This document shows, in pieces, positions 50,755 through 64,000 of a stretch of DNA of 64,000 nt. This stretch comes from Microthyrium microscopicum (lineage: Eukaryota): contig MU004232.1 in assembly GCA_010405405.1 (NCBI GenBank), positions 2,673,038-2,737,037 on the forward strand, in the 5' to 3' direction. A model generated the notes under the pieces. That model saw only the letters and a program-made list of their open reading frames with translations. It did not search any database and was not told the origin of the DNA. The position numbers and the translations under genes were made by a program. Every line of letters begins with the position of its first letter. Position 1 is the first letter of the stretch.

Positions 50755-50968
50755 TACTATTTCTAGTTCTAAAGATGCATCTTTAGCTATACCTAAATAG
50801 GTAAAGAAGGTTAGTATATTTTACTAATAATAGATTATAGGACCCTTTTAGATAATTATATAATTATAAATATAATAGAGAACCTAGCAAACTAGTAAGT
50901 AAGTAAGCTATAAGATATACTCTAAAATAGGTTTAGCTAAAGGTACATTTTTAGAACTAGAAATAGTA
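50755..50968. mobile_element. MITE (~214 bp) with ~40-bp TIRs and TA flanks, nested in the Starship
   Basis: TACTATTTCTAGTTCTAAAGATGCATCTTTAGCTATACCTA closely matches the reverse complement of TAGGTTTAGCTAAAGGTACATTTTTAGAACTAGAAATAGTA. TA is present at 50753-50754 and 50969-50970. Confidence 0.7.
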
Positions 50969-53900
50969 TATCTCTACCTTACTTATTAAACGCCTTTACC
51001 TTCCTAGTTATTAGGCCTAGGGCTAGCCTATACTATTTATACTATTACGTAAAACTATTTCTACTTTACTACTTTTAGCAATTTACTAATTTTAGCTATA
51101 TAGCAAAAGTTAGAATATCTTTATTACTATAAGTAGAGGCATTAATATTGCTAGTAATAATTAGGAAGTAAATTAGAAAGAGAAGTATAATTATAGTAAG
51201 AGATAATATTAATAAAAAGTTTTCTTTCTTCTCTATATATAAATCTATATATTTATTAAAATTAAGGATAGATATAAGATATATCTATATATATTACTAC
51301 TATTATAGTAACTCTATTTAATATAAATTGCTAATAATCTAGAGTAGTACCTAGATCTTCTTTAAACTTAATCTATTAGATAAGGATATTAAGTCCTAGC
51401 TCTAAGGAATCTAAGAGCTCTTTATAGTACTTAAATATAATAAACTAAGGAGACTATTTATAGAGGATATTATATAATTTATCTTTAGCTATAACTATAG
51501 CAATATACTACCTTAATAAAGTAAAAAAGAAGCTTTCTTACTCTAAACGTAGAATAGGTAGTACTATTATCCTAAGTAGTTTATTTAGTAGTTTATTTAG
51601 TACTTAATTAAAGCATAAAGACTTAGCTTTCTTACTAGCTAAAGTATACTAAGTCTTAAGGTCGTGCTTACAAACAAACTTATATTTAATAAACTCTACT
51701 TCTTAGTCTATAATTAGCAATTTAATAAAATAGTAAAGCCTTATCCCTTAATAGAGGTATACCTAATAGACTTATATATTATAAATTAACTAAATTTTCT
51801 TAAAATTAGAAAACTACTTCTTACTCTATAGCGTTAAAGAGTATATAAGATATTATTTATTAGTAAAAACTCTAGTAGTATCACTAAAGAATATAAGAAA
51901 TAATAATAAGATACTTTATCTATATATAAAAAGCGTTAGCCTTAAGCTATTTATTAAACTATTATTATTTGCTATACTATTAGTCTTTAAGTAAGGCGTT
52001 AGATTTTAATAATTAGATACTAATATTCTATTATATTTAATTAATATAAGTAAAGATAGATAGAGAGATAAAGTCTATAGCTAAGAAAGAAGACTTCTAG
52101 TAGAGAAGGTATAGAAAGGTAAGAAATAAGGCTAGTTTTAGTAAGACTACATATTACTATAGATTAGAATAGTTAAGAGATAGGTTTTCTTAGCCTAGTA
52201 GGGACACTTAGCTATATATAATAGTATTTTCTTATCCTTAATTATAAGTTAAATTAAGTTATAGTATTATAATCTAGGTTACTATATAGCTAATAATTAG
52301 ATATTAATAATAGGCTTAGATAATTACTATTTTACTAAGTTCTACTTACTTTCTATAGATAGTTTATAAGGAGTATAAAGAAGAATATAATTAAATTAGG
52401 CAATTAGCGTTATAAACTAGAGCTATAAAAATAAGACTTTTCTTTATTAGTATTTATATTACATAGACCTTACTTCTAATTACTTTTAGCGCTTCTTTAT
52501 ATATATAAATAATAACTTAATATATTTTTACTTACTTAATAAATCTTATATTATAATAGACTTAATTAGCTTAAAATAGTATAAAATATAGATATTATAG
52601 AGGAAGTATTAAAGTTAACTTATTAGCTTAACTAGGTTTTATAAAAATTATAAATAGATTATTAAATTATTCATTTTGCTTAGAACTAGGCTACGTAGTA
52701 GCATAAGAATATTAATTATAATAATAAGTCTAAATAGTTAGGACCTATTAGCCTACTATTTCTATATTTAGTATATTTAATAAAGTAAATTCCTTATAGT
52801 TATATTACTCTTAGCTAGCGCTATAGCATATTTTTATTTTATCTAAAGTAGAAATAATAATTACTAGGATATTAATATACCTATACTAGAATTATATATA
52901 TTCTTATTTACTACTACTAACTTACTAGGGCTTAAGATTAGCCTCTACTATATATAAATTACTTATATACTAGGAAGCATAATTTAAAGGTTTAACCTAC
53001 TCTTTTTAATTATCTAGTATTTTACCTAGTAGCCTACTCTTCTTATCTATATTAGCTATAGTGCTTACTCTTTATCTAGGATACTTATAAAAAGAGTTTA
53101 GGCTTCTCTTAACCTAAAGGAGTTAAAGAAATAAAATACTAGTAAGGATAACTATTTTTAAGTAATTAATAAGCTATTTATACTAGGTTTTAAAGATTTT
53201 TAGAAGTACTAGTTTAAGGCTTTCTAGCTAATAAGGTACCTAAATAAGCTATTTACTTAGTATAAAAAGTATAGAGAGATAGGAGTAGTTATTACTACTT
53301 AGTATACAACTAAAACTTTAAGTTTATTTCTATATAAGAATGTTACTCTAATAAAATTTTATATTATATTAGTAATTCTAGTTAACTTAAGTATATTACG
53401 ACTACTATTATAATTACGTTTAACGTCTTTATAATACTAATTTTATATTTCTTTTTATCTTAAATAACTATAGCACTACTATAAGTAACGCTAATTATAG
53501 TAGATTAGTTAGTAGTAGTTACTAAGTTTTGTATCTTTCCCTATATATAAAGTACTATTTATACTATTAATACCTAGACCTTAAGCTACTTTTATAATAA
53601 TAATATTTAATATATATTATTAAATTTTAGTCTAAAAGGAAGCTATATTAGTACTAAGATTTAGCTTAAAAGACTATAGTTATTAGGTATCCTTTATCGT
53701 TTTAGTACTTACTTAAATTAATTAATTAAAAGAAGCTTATTACTTTTATACTTCTAATTTGCTTTATCTATTATAAAAGCTAGGAAGTTATAATCATTAA
53801 ACCTTTTTTATAATAAATATAGATATTACTAAGGAATCCATATTAACTATAGAGCTATTAGAAAACTACTAGAGCTAATTACTATAGTTTTATTATTATT

Positions 53901-56900
53901 ATAGCTATGCCCTTAAGTTTTATATATATAAGCTTCCTATTAGTTTAATAGAATTTATTACTTAATATATTACTTAAGTTCCTAATAGTCTCTTAAGTAA
54001 TATAATAGATTATAGTACTAAATAAGAAATTAAGGAGTTTTATAGATATATAACTAACAAAATTAGATTATTATAGCTTAAAGATACTTTTATATAGACT
54101 ATACTACTATTTTTATTAAAGAAGTTACTTATAAAAGGAAAAGTATAAATTTTAGCTCTTATTATACTAAACCTCTTTAATTTTTAAGATATACTATAGA
54201 AAGACTTTATTATACTTAGAGTTTTCTTATAGTATAATATACTATATCCTTTCTTAGACTTACTCCTTTTAATAGAAGATAATTTTAATAATACTTAGTA
54301 GCTTATATATAAGAGTATATAGAGAATTAACGTAGATTTTAGTAGGCATTAAATAGCTAGAATACCTAGCTAATAGCTAACATAAACTAAATATAGCTTA
54401 TTAGTAAACTTATTCTACTAGTCTTAGGCCTAATAATTCTAGACTATAAGAATTAAAGAAGGGAAAATCTTTATAATATTCTTAATAATCTAGTAGTCTT
54501 CTCTTAACTTATATAAATTATAAGAATAATTCTTAAGTTCTTTCTATTTAATTAATACTTATTATAGAGCTAAACAAAATATTATAAAAAGAAGATATTA
54601 TAATTAATATCTTTTAGGTTACTACCCTAGATTATTATAAAATTTATTAGGTATATTTTATATAGTACTATATTAAACACTTTTATAGCTACGTCTTAAT
54701 AAGCTATTAGACCTTCCCTTCTAATTATAAGATCCTCTTTATATATTTTACATAATCTTATAAAGAGACTAGTAAGGACTATACTTTATTAACCTTTTAT
54801 TTATAATATATTAATTTTTATTTTATAGTATTTCTTATTAATATATACGCTATTAATCCTAGTTTAATTTTAATAGTTTTAGGCTCTTCTCTACTTGCTT
54901 TATAAAAAGTTACATAGTTCTAATAAAGCTTAACTACTACGGCGTAACTTATAATAATAATAGTACTTTTTCTATATATTTGTCCTATTAATAGGGTCTA
55001 TAATTTCTTATATTAATAATTTTCTTCTTCTATAGACTTTAAGCCTTATAAATCTATACTCCTTTATTATAATCTAATATATTACTATTCTTAGCTTAGA
55101 ACACTTAGGTATTCTTACTAAAACCTTATAAGCTCCTTTCTTTTTTTATATAATACCTTGCTTAATAAATTAAAGGTATATTTCTTACGCTTTATTTATA
55201 GTTTTATTAAGAGAAAAAGTAGCACTATTTAAGATATATTCTACTATAAATTTAGACTTAGATTAGTATCTTTACATCTAATTATATTTCTATATAGCAT
55301 TATATTTTGCTTTAATATAGGTTTACTTAATAGCTTCTTATTAAAATAGTCTTAGTACTAGCTTAACTTTGTTATGCTTTTTAGTAATAGGTACTAGTAT
55401 AAAGAGTAAAGAAAATAAGCCTTAGAGATAACTAGCGCGTAGAATTATTATTTTAGAAAGATAGTAATTAAAGATTTAGAGATAGAGTCATTAAGATTAT
55501 TCTACTAGTATAGTTTAAATACTTTATAACTTTAATATACTAAGCTACTTATCTTATTAAAAGATTAAAAAGAATATCTAGTCTACTTTTTATGCTTACT
55601 AATTAACTAGCGCTAACTAGTACCTTTATTATAATATGTAAGCTATTAAATTTATAAGCTAAGAAATTTGCTTTACTATAGCTTAGGCTTTTCTCTAAGA
55701 AATAAGCTTATTTACTATTATTAGAAGAAGACTTAATAAGTCGCTAAATAAAGGCTAATAATTATTAGGAATAAACCTACTAAATAGCCTATTAGTTTTA
55801 GGCAAAATTAAGTACTCTAAATAAATTCTATCTTACTTAGAAGAGTCTATTTAGTATACTAGCCTAGATTATTCTAATTTTTAGAATATAGTATTAATAT
55901 ATCCTACCTAAGAACTCCTCTTTAGCGCTTAATTAAAGATTAGCTATAATATAGTAGTTACTTAGAAAATAATATACTTTAGCTAGAGAATACTTAATAA
56001 TCTAGTAAATATACTTATTACTTTATCTATAATCCTACGTAGCTATTTATGCTATAATCTATAACTCTATTATAGCCTCTCTTCATTCTAAGTATAATAT
56101 AATAGCTAGGCTAAGAATAACTAAAAATTACTAGAGGAAATATATCTTTCTAGACGTAATAGATAAATCTAAGGTATTTTAATAGTCTATATAAATTACT
56201 TAGAATAATAGGCTTAGTAAAAGTAGTATCCTATTATAGCTAATAAAATTATACTATATAATATATAATGTATTAATAAGCTTAAAGTAATAAAAATAAA
56301 TTTAACTAATAATCTATAGACTCTAACGTTATAATATATATAGAAGGTTAATTACTACTTTAGAATTGCCCTATTTTCTAAAATATATAGCTTTTTTTAT
56401 TAAAATAAGAGCTTAGAAAGGAGTAGTTACACGCGTTTTAATAAAAAGCGCTTATAATTATTTATATACTTCTAAGAAGTAACCTTTAAACTATAAGACT
56501 TTATACTAAAGTAGGGCTACTTTTATAGCGCTAATATTTTATAAAAGTATATTAGTCTATCTATTTAGTTTATTATTCTTAAGTAAAGTTAATATAGATT
56601 ATAGATTCTCTTAATCTATTTCTATATAGGCCTTATATATAAGTAAATTATAAGGGTAAGGGATTTAGCTAATAGCGAAGAGGCTCTTAATATTTTATAA
56701 AGAAGGTAGTAGGCTCTAGCTAGTAAATAGAAAAAGATAAAATAAAGTAAGGTAATAAAGATATAAGTCTTTAGTATAGCGCTTATTATTTAGAGCTATA
56801 CTAATAATCTCTACTTCTTAAAGGACTTATTTCTTTTATTTAATATTACTAAAATATAATATTAAGAGATATACTTTAAATACTTTAGACTAGATAGCTC

Positions 56901-59085
56901 TTAAGAGAAGTCTATAGTTATTATTTAAATGATAAATTTAGGTTTTAAAAGCTAATATAAACTAAGAAAGGTATAGAGATATAGACGAAAATCTATTAAG
57001 TAATTAATATATAATTAATAAGTAGCAAGTTAAAGCTTACTTAAGAAAGAAATAGAGTATAAGCTATATTTTAGCTATTAGAATAAAGACCTCTAGTAAT
57101 CTAATCTTATTCTCTACTTTAGTTTTAATAATACTATTTTTAAAGGTAATTAAATTAGCTTACTTAAGATTTTATAAAAGTAATTTAATTAGCTTAATTT
57201 TAAGTTCTCTACGTATAATATTCTATTACGAATAGCTATAGTAAATAGAATTAGAGAATAAGGCTAGTATAGAAGGAAAGAGGCTATAGAACTAGAAAAG
57301 GATGCTTTTTAAGATATCTCTTTTATATTTTTTATTATAGCTAAAAGTTTTATATATAGTTTCTAAATTATAATTTATAAGCAAGATGTAGCCTTCGTCT
57401 AAACGAACTTTAACTAACTTAAGGAATAAATCCTACTTATAGAGAAGATTAAGAATAGTTAAGTCCTATCTATTCTAAGTTTTAGAATTATAGTATTTAT
57501 ATAAAAAGCTTTAAAGTATCTAAAATACATATATAGTTACTAATAGCTAAGCTATAACGTAAAGTTAATAAATAGATATACTATCTATTATAACTTTAGT
57601 TAGCGTAATCTAATAGGTAAACAAGGTCCTTATATAGTAGTAACCTAGTAGTTACGCAACTAAGGTTCTAGCCTAAAATAGATAGCTAATAGAGGATCTT
57701 ATTTAATTGCTTAGCTCTTAGGATTAAGTAAGGTAGTTTTTAGTTATCTAATAACTAGCCCTACTTAGCTAGAAGATTATATAGCTCTTTTACTAAGTAA
57801 TTAAAGGCAACTTCTATTATAGTATAATATAATAGAAATAATAAGAGAAAAAAGCGTTTTAGACTCTTATTAAATTTTTATTAAGTTAGTTTCTTAAGGT
57901 CTAAAATTTTCTCTCTAATATTAGTAGATATTATTAGTATAAGAGTCTAATTTATTATTTCTTTTATACTTTATAAAAATAAGAAACTAATTAACTCTAT
58001 CCTAGAATCCTAATTATTAGCTTTAAGAATAGCTTTAACTATTTTTTATACTTAATTAAGCTAATTCTACTTCTTATCCTATAGGGTCTAATTATAGTTT
58101 CTTAATAATTAGGTTATAAGCTCTTAGGCAGGTTAGGGAATAAGAATATAGATAAAATTATTAAGATCTATTTAAGTAGATAATACTATAGTTATTTTAG
58201 GCTATTTTATTTTGTTTATAAAGACGTAATATATTGCTTTTTATTTTTATATACGCCTTAGTATAGAGTATTTAATCCCTTACTTATTCTTAAAAGGTAT
58301 AGCTTAATAGACTATAGCGCAAAGCTTAACTATTATTATTATATACCCTAATTTTAGGAGCTATTTATATAACGTAAGTAGTAGCTATAGTCTAGGCCAT
58401 AAGTAGAGTATCTAGGTAGCTTAAGCTTATAAACACTTGCCCTAGGTAGGCTTAACAAGTTAGTACTATATATTATACTACTATAAGCTAAAGTTAGTCT
58501 ATAATATTAATAGTATAAAATTTCTTAGCTATAAATATTCTAATAAAGTGCGCCCTCCTAAAAAGTTAGAATAGAAAATTCTTAAGTTAAATTATAAGAA
58601 AGTAGCGCGTTAAGAAAGTTACTACCTACGCTTAGCTTAATATAATAATAATATTATAAAGCATACTTTACATAAATTCCTTATAAGTTAAAAGATATTT
58701 AGTAGTACTATATTTATTATTATAGAGTTTAGAATAGTTAGAGGCTATAGAAGTTTCTTAATTAATAAACTATTAGTCTACGTTAGTAGATATAAGACTT
58801 AAATAAAGACCCTCTACCCTTTTATAGTAGTATTAGCAGTTTTTATATAAAGAAGTAGTAGGTAGTTATTTATATTAAGCTAGTTAGTAGTCTTTAAAAT
58901 AAGAAAGATACAAACGCTTACTACTACCTTAGGTATAGCTATATTTATTAGATATATTCTTACTTAGCTTATTAGTAACTAGAGTTTTTAGCGTCTATAT
59001 TCTTTAAAGGATCTAAATATATTTATCTTGCTTTAGATAAGCTAAATATAAGTTGCTTAGGCTAGCTATAATATAGTTGCTAGGT

Positions 59086-59130
59086 TAGTAATATTATTAT
59101 TAATAATATTATTATTAGTAATATTATTAT
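59086..59130. repeat. 15-bp tandem repeat x3 (TARTAATATTATTAT)
   Basis: Directly visible. The period is a multiple of 3, compatible with a former coding repeat. Confidence 0.6.
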
Positions 59131-62100
59131 TAATCTATTAGTTATAAATAGTAGATTAATACAGTTTAGAATATACTATAATAGCAAAAGTAGCTTTAGT
59201 AACGAAGATATTAGTTATATATGCTATACTTAAATTAAGAAAGAGGAGCGAAATAAAGTAATTTACTTACTTTACTAAGATATTCCATAATAGTAGTAGG
59301 AAGACAATAGAGAAGGGTAGATATATAATATTATTAATTATTATACGTTAATTTAGTTCTTAGCCTAAGTATATAGAATATAAAAGGCAAAAGATATAAA
59401 GTTATTAGCTTTAACTACTAAGTTATATAATTACTTTATATATTATAGTCTTACTATAAAGCTACTAGTACTAAAATTTGCGTATAGCTAGGAGTTAGGT
59501 AGTACTATTATATATAGTTAAGTATTCCTAAGCTAAGCTATTTTACGTTCACTTTTATTCTTATTTCTAGCTCTATAGCCTTACTTAAACTAGAGAGTTC
59601 TATATTTTAATACATATTTCATTCTATAGCCTTATATACTAATTGCTAACTTTCCTTATTTTCTACTCTTTATAGTAAAACTATACTTAGCTTTTTATAT
59701 TCTTTACTTAGCTCTTTTACTACTTTTTATAAAACTAGGCCCTTAAAGTTTCTATATTTAACTTCTAGGGCATAAGTATAAACTCTATCTATTTTACTTA
59801 CTTATAGTATTAGGAAAACGCTTCTTTAGCTTATAATTATTACTTCTATTTTACGTATTACTTTAAGCTTAGTAGTACTAGCAATAATAATATACTAAAG
59901 ATAAATACTTATATAATAGTATATAAGCTTCTTATAATAAAGTACTAATCTTTTTAAAGAATATATAATAGGATACTACTAAGTCTAAATTAATAGTTAA
60001 TAGCTAAGCCTAAAGCGAAAAAGATTAGATTAAGTTAAAGTATATAAAAAAAAGCAATATACTTTATAATACTAATTTAACCCTAATAGTTACTAGATCG
60101 TACGATTAGCTAAAGCAATATAAAGGATTTAAAGAGCTATAGGAGATTTAAAAAGTATAATATTATTACTTAGTATTAGCTAAAGAGAATAAGCTTTATT
60201 TAATTCTACTTTTATAGATTACCTAAGACTCGTTATTTAAGAAGTATTCTAAGATTTATTTAAACTATACTTTAGAGCAATAGTGTAATCTATATAGAAA
60301 GTCCTTAGATACTTTAGACTATTTTAAGAGAGCTAAATTACTTTAGATATTTATTTCTCTAATTATAAATAAGCTAGATCTCTTGCCTAATACATTAAGA
60401 TAATATATAGTTATTATCTATACTAAGAGATATAGTTAGTATAGAAATTAGCTTAATATTTACTACTAATAGGAGCTATACTATAATAAATTTAAGTATT
60501 TTAGTAGAGTTTTTAAGTTTATAAAGTAAAGGTTTTACGTTCTTATTTAATAGGTTAAAGTTAAGCTTAGTAAAAGTTCTTTAGTTAGTATAAATATTAT
60601 ATAATTTAATTATAATAGAATAGAGATATAAGTACTTATATATAATAAGCAATAGTTTCTATCTAGCTTTGCCTATTCTTATATTAAGAGTTTAGACCTT
60701 TTTAAGAATATCTTTCTATAACCTCTAGTAGTATAGAAATACCTACTAAAAAAATACCTAAGCTACTTACTTCTTTATCCTAATTTACTCTATACTTTAT
60801 ATAGTATCTCATTATAGCTTATAAATCTATAATTAATATATAAAATATATAACTATAGGGTTTAGAAATTTATAAAATTATAAAAATTAGTAACTCATCT
60901 AGAAAGGTAAAGCAAATTACTACTTATATTATAAAAGCGCTATACATACTAGTTTTAGGCTTTAGCTACCTAAGTAGAGTTTAAAGATTAAATATAAATA
61001 CTATCTTACTAATTATTAAAATATCTATCCTAGACTTAATATTCTCTTTATATTTACTTTAGATAAAGTAAAAATAGCGTTAGAATACTACTAGTAAGAG
61101 TACCTTATAAAGACTTATTATATTTTATATATTATTTTTAAGTAGCATAATTCAAACTATCTTTACTCTTACTATAACTAGAAGGCTTATATATTAAGCA
61201 TACTACTATTTCTTCTTTAATAAGATATTATGCGTTACTATTTACTATAGTATAAAAGAACTAACATTACTATCTTTTAAATAATACTATTAGATATTAT
61301 TTTAATAGCTAAAAATATTTATTTACGCTTCTACTCTATTATCTACATTATAATTATAGTTAAATACGTATAGAGTATATATAAGAGAATTATTAGCCTA
61401 TATTAGTTTAAGGTATAGTTTAAGCCTTAAAACCTTAAAATTACTATTTTATATACTAACTTTATAGACAAAGATAGTGCTAGCAAGCTATATTATATTA
61501 ATTTATACTTAGTATAAATTTAGTATTACCTAGATAGCTTCCTCTATTTCTTAAGTATTAATCTTAGTAGTAAATAATTAAAGAGATATTAAATTACTAG
61601 ACGTTCCTAGTTTAGAATTAAGGAGAGTATAATACTATATAGTTAAAAGTAGTTATACTTCATTAAAGGTACAAAACTTATATTACCTTATTTATAATTA
61701 CCTAATTGTTTTCATTATAATTATACTTTCTTCTCTACTAGTAGTTATAGATATTACTTTACTAATTATAAGCGTATTATAGCTTATGTATAGTCATTAT
61801 ATTTACTAATTATATATATAGGCGCTTCTTAACGTAAATAATCTCTTATTCTTAATTATATAACTAATTTAGCCTAAATATAAGGAAAATTAGCTTAGAA
61901 ACTTTCAACTATAGCTAGCCTATTATAGCTATCTACTTTGCTAGTTTTGTTTTATAGTTCTAAGTCTTATTGCTACTAAGAACCTTAAGTAATTAAACGT
62001 TATATTAAGAGTACTACTTAATATATTAATAGGTTTTTTATATACTAAAGTATAAGCTATTTAAGTTTAAACTATAAGTTAATAATTTCTATCTCTATTA

Positions 62101-64000
62101 TCTATAAACTAATAAACTAGTTTATTACTTTATAATTTTTAGAAAAGTTTTATAGTTTATATTATAAAAGTAATTAAAATTAATCTATAGTTTAAATTAA
62201 ACGTAATAATCTAGAACTATTTTAACTAATTTATCTTTATTAAGTACTTCTAGTACTAGAGATATTTATTATTAGTATTATATATACTTTATATATTGCC
62301 TTAATATCTAGGATAAGTTAAATTAGGTTCTTTCTAGCTACCCTTAGGTTTTTTAAGGCTTTATTAATCTTACTAGTAATTTAGTTAAAAAGACATAGAA
62401 TATAGTAATACTAGGCGGTAAGCTTTACTATAAAGTTAGCTATTATACTTATTCCTTTTATCTTATTAACTCTTCTTAGAATGTTCTATAAAGAGAATTT
62501 TATATTAATAGATTTCTTATACTTTAGAACTATAATAAGTCTTAAATTAATTTATTTAAACTTATAGTTATTAACGATTTAGATTAAGTATATACTTAAT
62601 ATTCTTATTATAACTCTTTAGTATATTATAATATTTTAAATATAGTTTTTCTTCCTAGATAAAGACCTTTGCTTACTAAGAATAAATATATATTTTATAA
62701 TTTGTATTTAATTCTAAGTTTAAGAAATATTTAATAATAAATAGAAAGTAGTTCTATAACTAATATTGCTTTAATATAGAGACTTCGTATAGAAGTATTA
62801 GATTCGTAATAACTCTTCTTCTATAAATATTCTAAATAGTAGCTATCTTATAATAACTAAGCTACTAATAATTTAGTAAGAGAAGGTATTAGAGCTTAAG
62901 ATAGCTATATATCTTAAATAACTACTATTACTATAATATTATAGAATCCTATTTAGGATATACTTATAAAATAATACTAACTAATATAGTAGGCATTAGC
63001 TATAGTATTAGCTATACTTATATTAAAATTTAAACCTACTCTTGCTCTATATATTAGTATTAAGCATTAATACTTAAATTTATTTTCCTTTAGTACCTTA
63101 TAGTTAGTAGGAGTTAGTATCCTAATAAATTCGCTAATAAAGTACTTTATAATAATTTTAAGATCTCTATCATCTTTAATATAAACTAATAATTTTAGGT
63201 AATACTAAGTCTTAGTTTAGAACTATAAAGTTCTTTTAGTACTACGTATTTAGTAAATTACAAGCTTTAAATACTAGGAGAGTACTAAATAGATCTTATT
63301 AATATAACCATACTTATTACTAGTTATAAGATCTATATTATACTTAGTAATATATAAGTAGGCGTAAACTTTTATTTAATTTTAAAGATATTTAGTACTT
63401 TTTTATTACTAATTTTATAGCTTTACTTTTAGAGCATTATAATTTAGTAATAAATAACTCTCTTATTAAACTTTAGATATAATATAATAAGGTAATAATT
63501 AGAATATAGATAAGATAATAAAATAATTTCTTTTATTTTTTTAGTTATATATCATAAAGTTCTTATATTACTAGTCTAATTATATACTCTTATTATTATC
63601 TTTAGAATATAGATTAACCTTTTTTTCTTCTTTTCTTTTCTAGGAATACTACTTAAGTATCTTCTAACGTTAATATTAATCGCTTAAGGTTCATCTTAGC
63701 TTAACTTCTTATTATCCTTTACTTAGTAGTATTAGGCAGCTTTATAAAATTAATCTAAGAGTTAAGCAATTTATTTAATAGTTACGTTAGTAGTTTAATA
63801 GCTTTAGGTAAAATACTTTTATATAACTTAACTACTTTATTAATATAAAGCTATTTAATACTACTTTTGCAACCTTTATAGCTAGTAGCCTTAAAGATAG
63901 TAGTTAAACTAACTTTCACGTTTACTAATTAGTATAGAATTTCATAGTTCTTATTTAGAAAAAACTTAGGTATTACCTTATATAAATTATAAATATAGGT

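Larger units (their letters stand above)
35220..64000 (+). mobile_element. RIP-inactivated Starship giant transposon (captain end; continues beyond window)
   Basis: Abrupt switch to AT-rich, CA/TG-depleted sequence. The first gene relic is a DUF3435 recombinase about 330 bp inside the boundary, with a DUF3723 relic downstream. The boundary position is approximate. Confidence 0.85.

Noticed and set aside
56148..56180. Possible GT32-like 'RFIHHVWKD' motif on the minus strand
   Set aside because: A single short de-RIPped motif; the downstream GT32 motifs could not be found in frame.
35220..64000. Mitochondrial insertion (NUMT) or simple centromeric AT DNA
   Set aside because: Specific CA/TG depletion and readable DUF3435 and DUF3723 relics indicate RIP of nuclear genes. 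A secondary centromeric role cannot be excluded.

Overview
Filamentous ascomycete (Pezizomycotina) genomic DNA with a two-compartment structure. Positions 1-35,200 are ordinary, intron-containing, GC-balanced genes: SPT small subunit, Ebp1-like protein, secreted tyrosinase, GT34, MATE transporter, byr4, XRCC4-like protein, a Cys-rich membrane protein, an MFS transporter, a secreted phosphoglycerate-mutase-like protein and a double GFA-domain protein. Two AT-rich blocks carry the signature of repeat-induced point mutation (RIP). Block 1 (25,572-30,132) is a complete Mutator/MULE DNA transposon with TIRs and a 9-bp TSD. Its transposase frame is interrupted by a 1,194-bp tRNA-headed SINE-like insert with a 14-bp TSD. 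Block 2 (about 35,220 to the window end) is the captain-proximal ~29 kb of a RIP-inactivated Starship giant transposon: a DUF3435 tyrosine recombinase captain, a kinase-like gene, a DUF3723 gene, a nested MITE and further unreadable cargo. All calls inside the AT-rich blocks come from manually reversing RIP changes (TA back to CA or TG), so they need confirmation with HMM searches.
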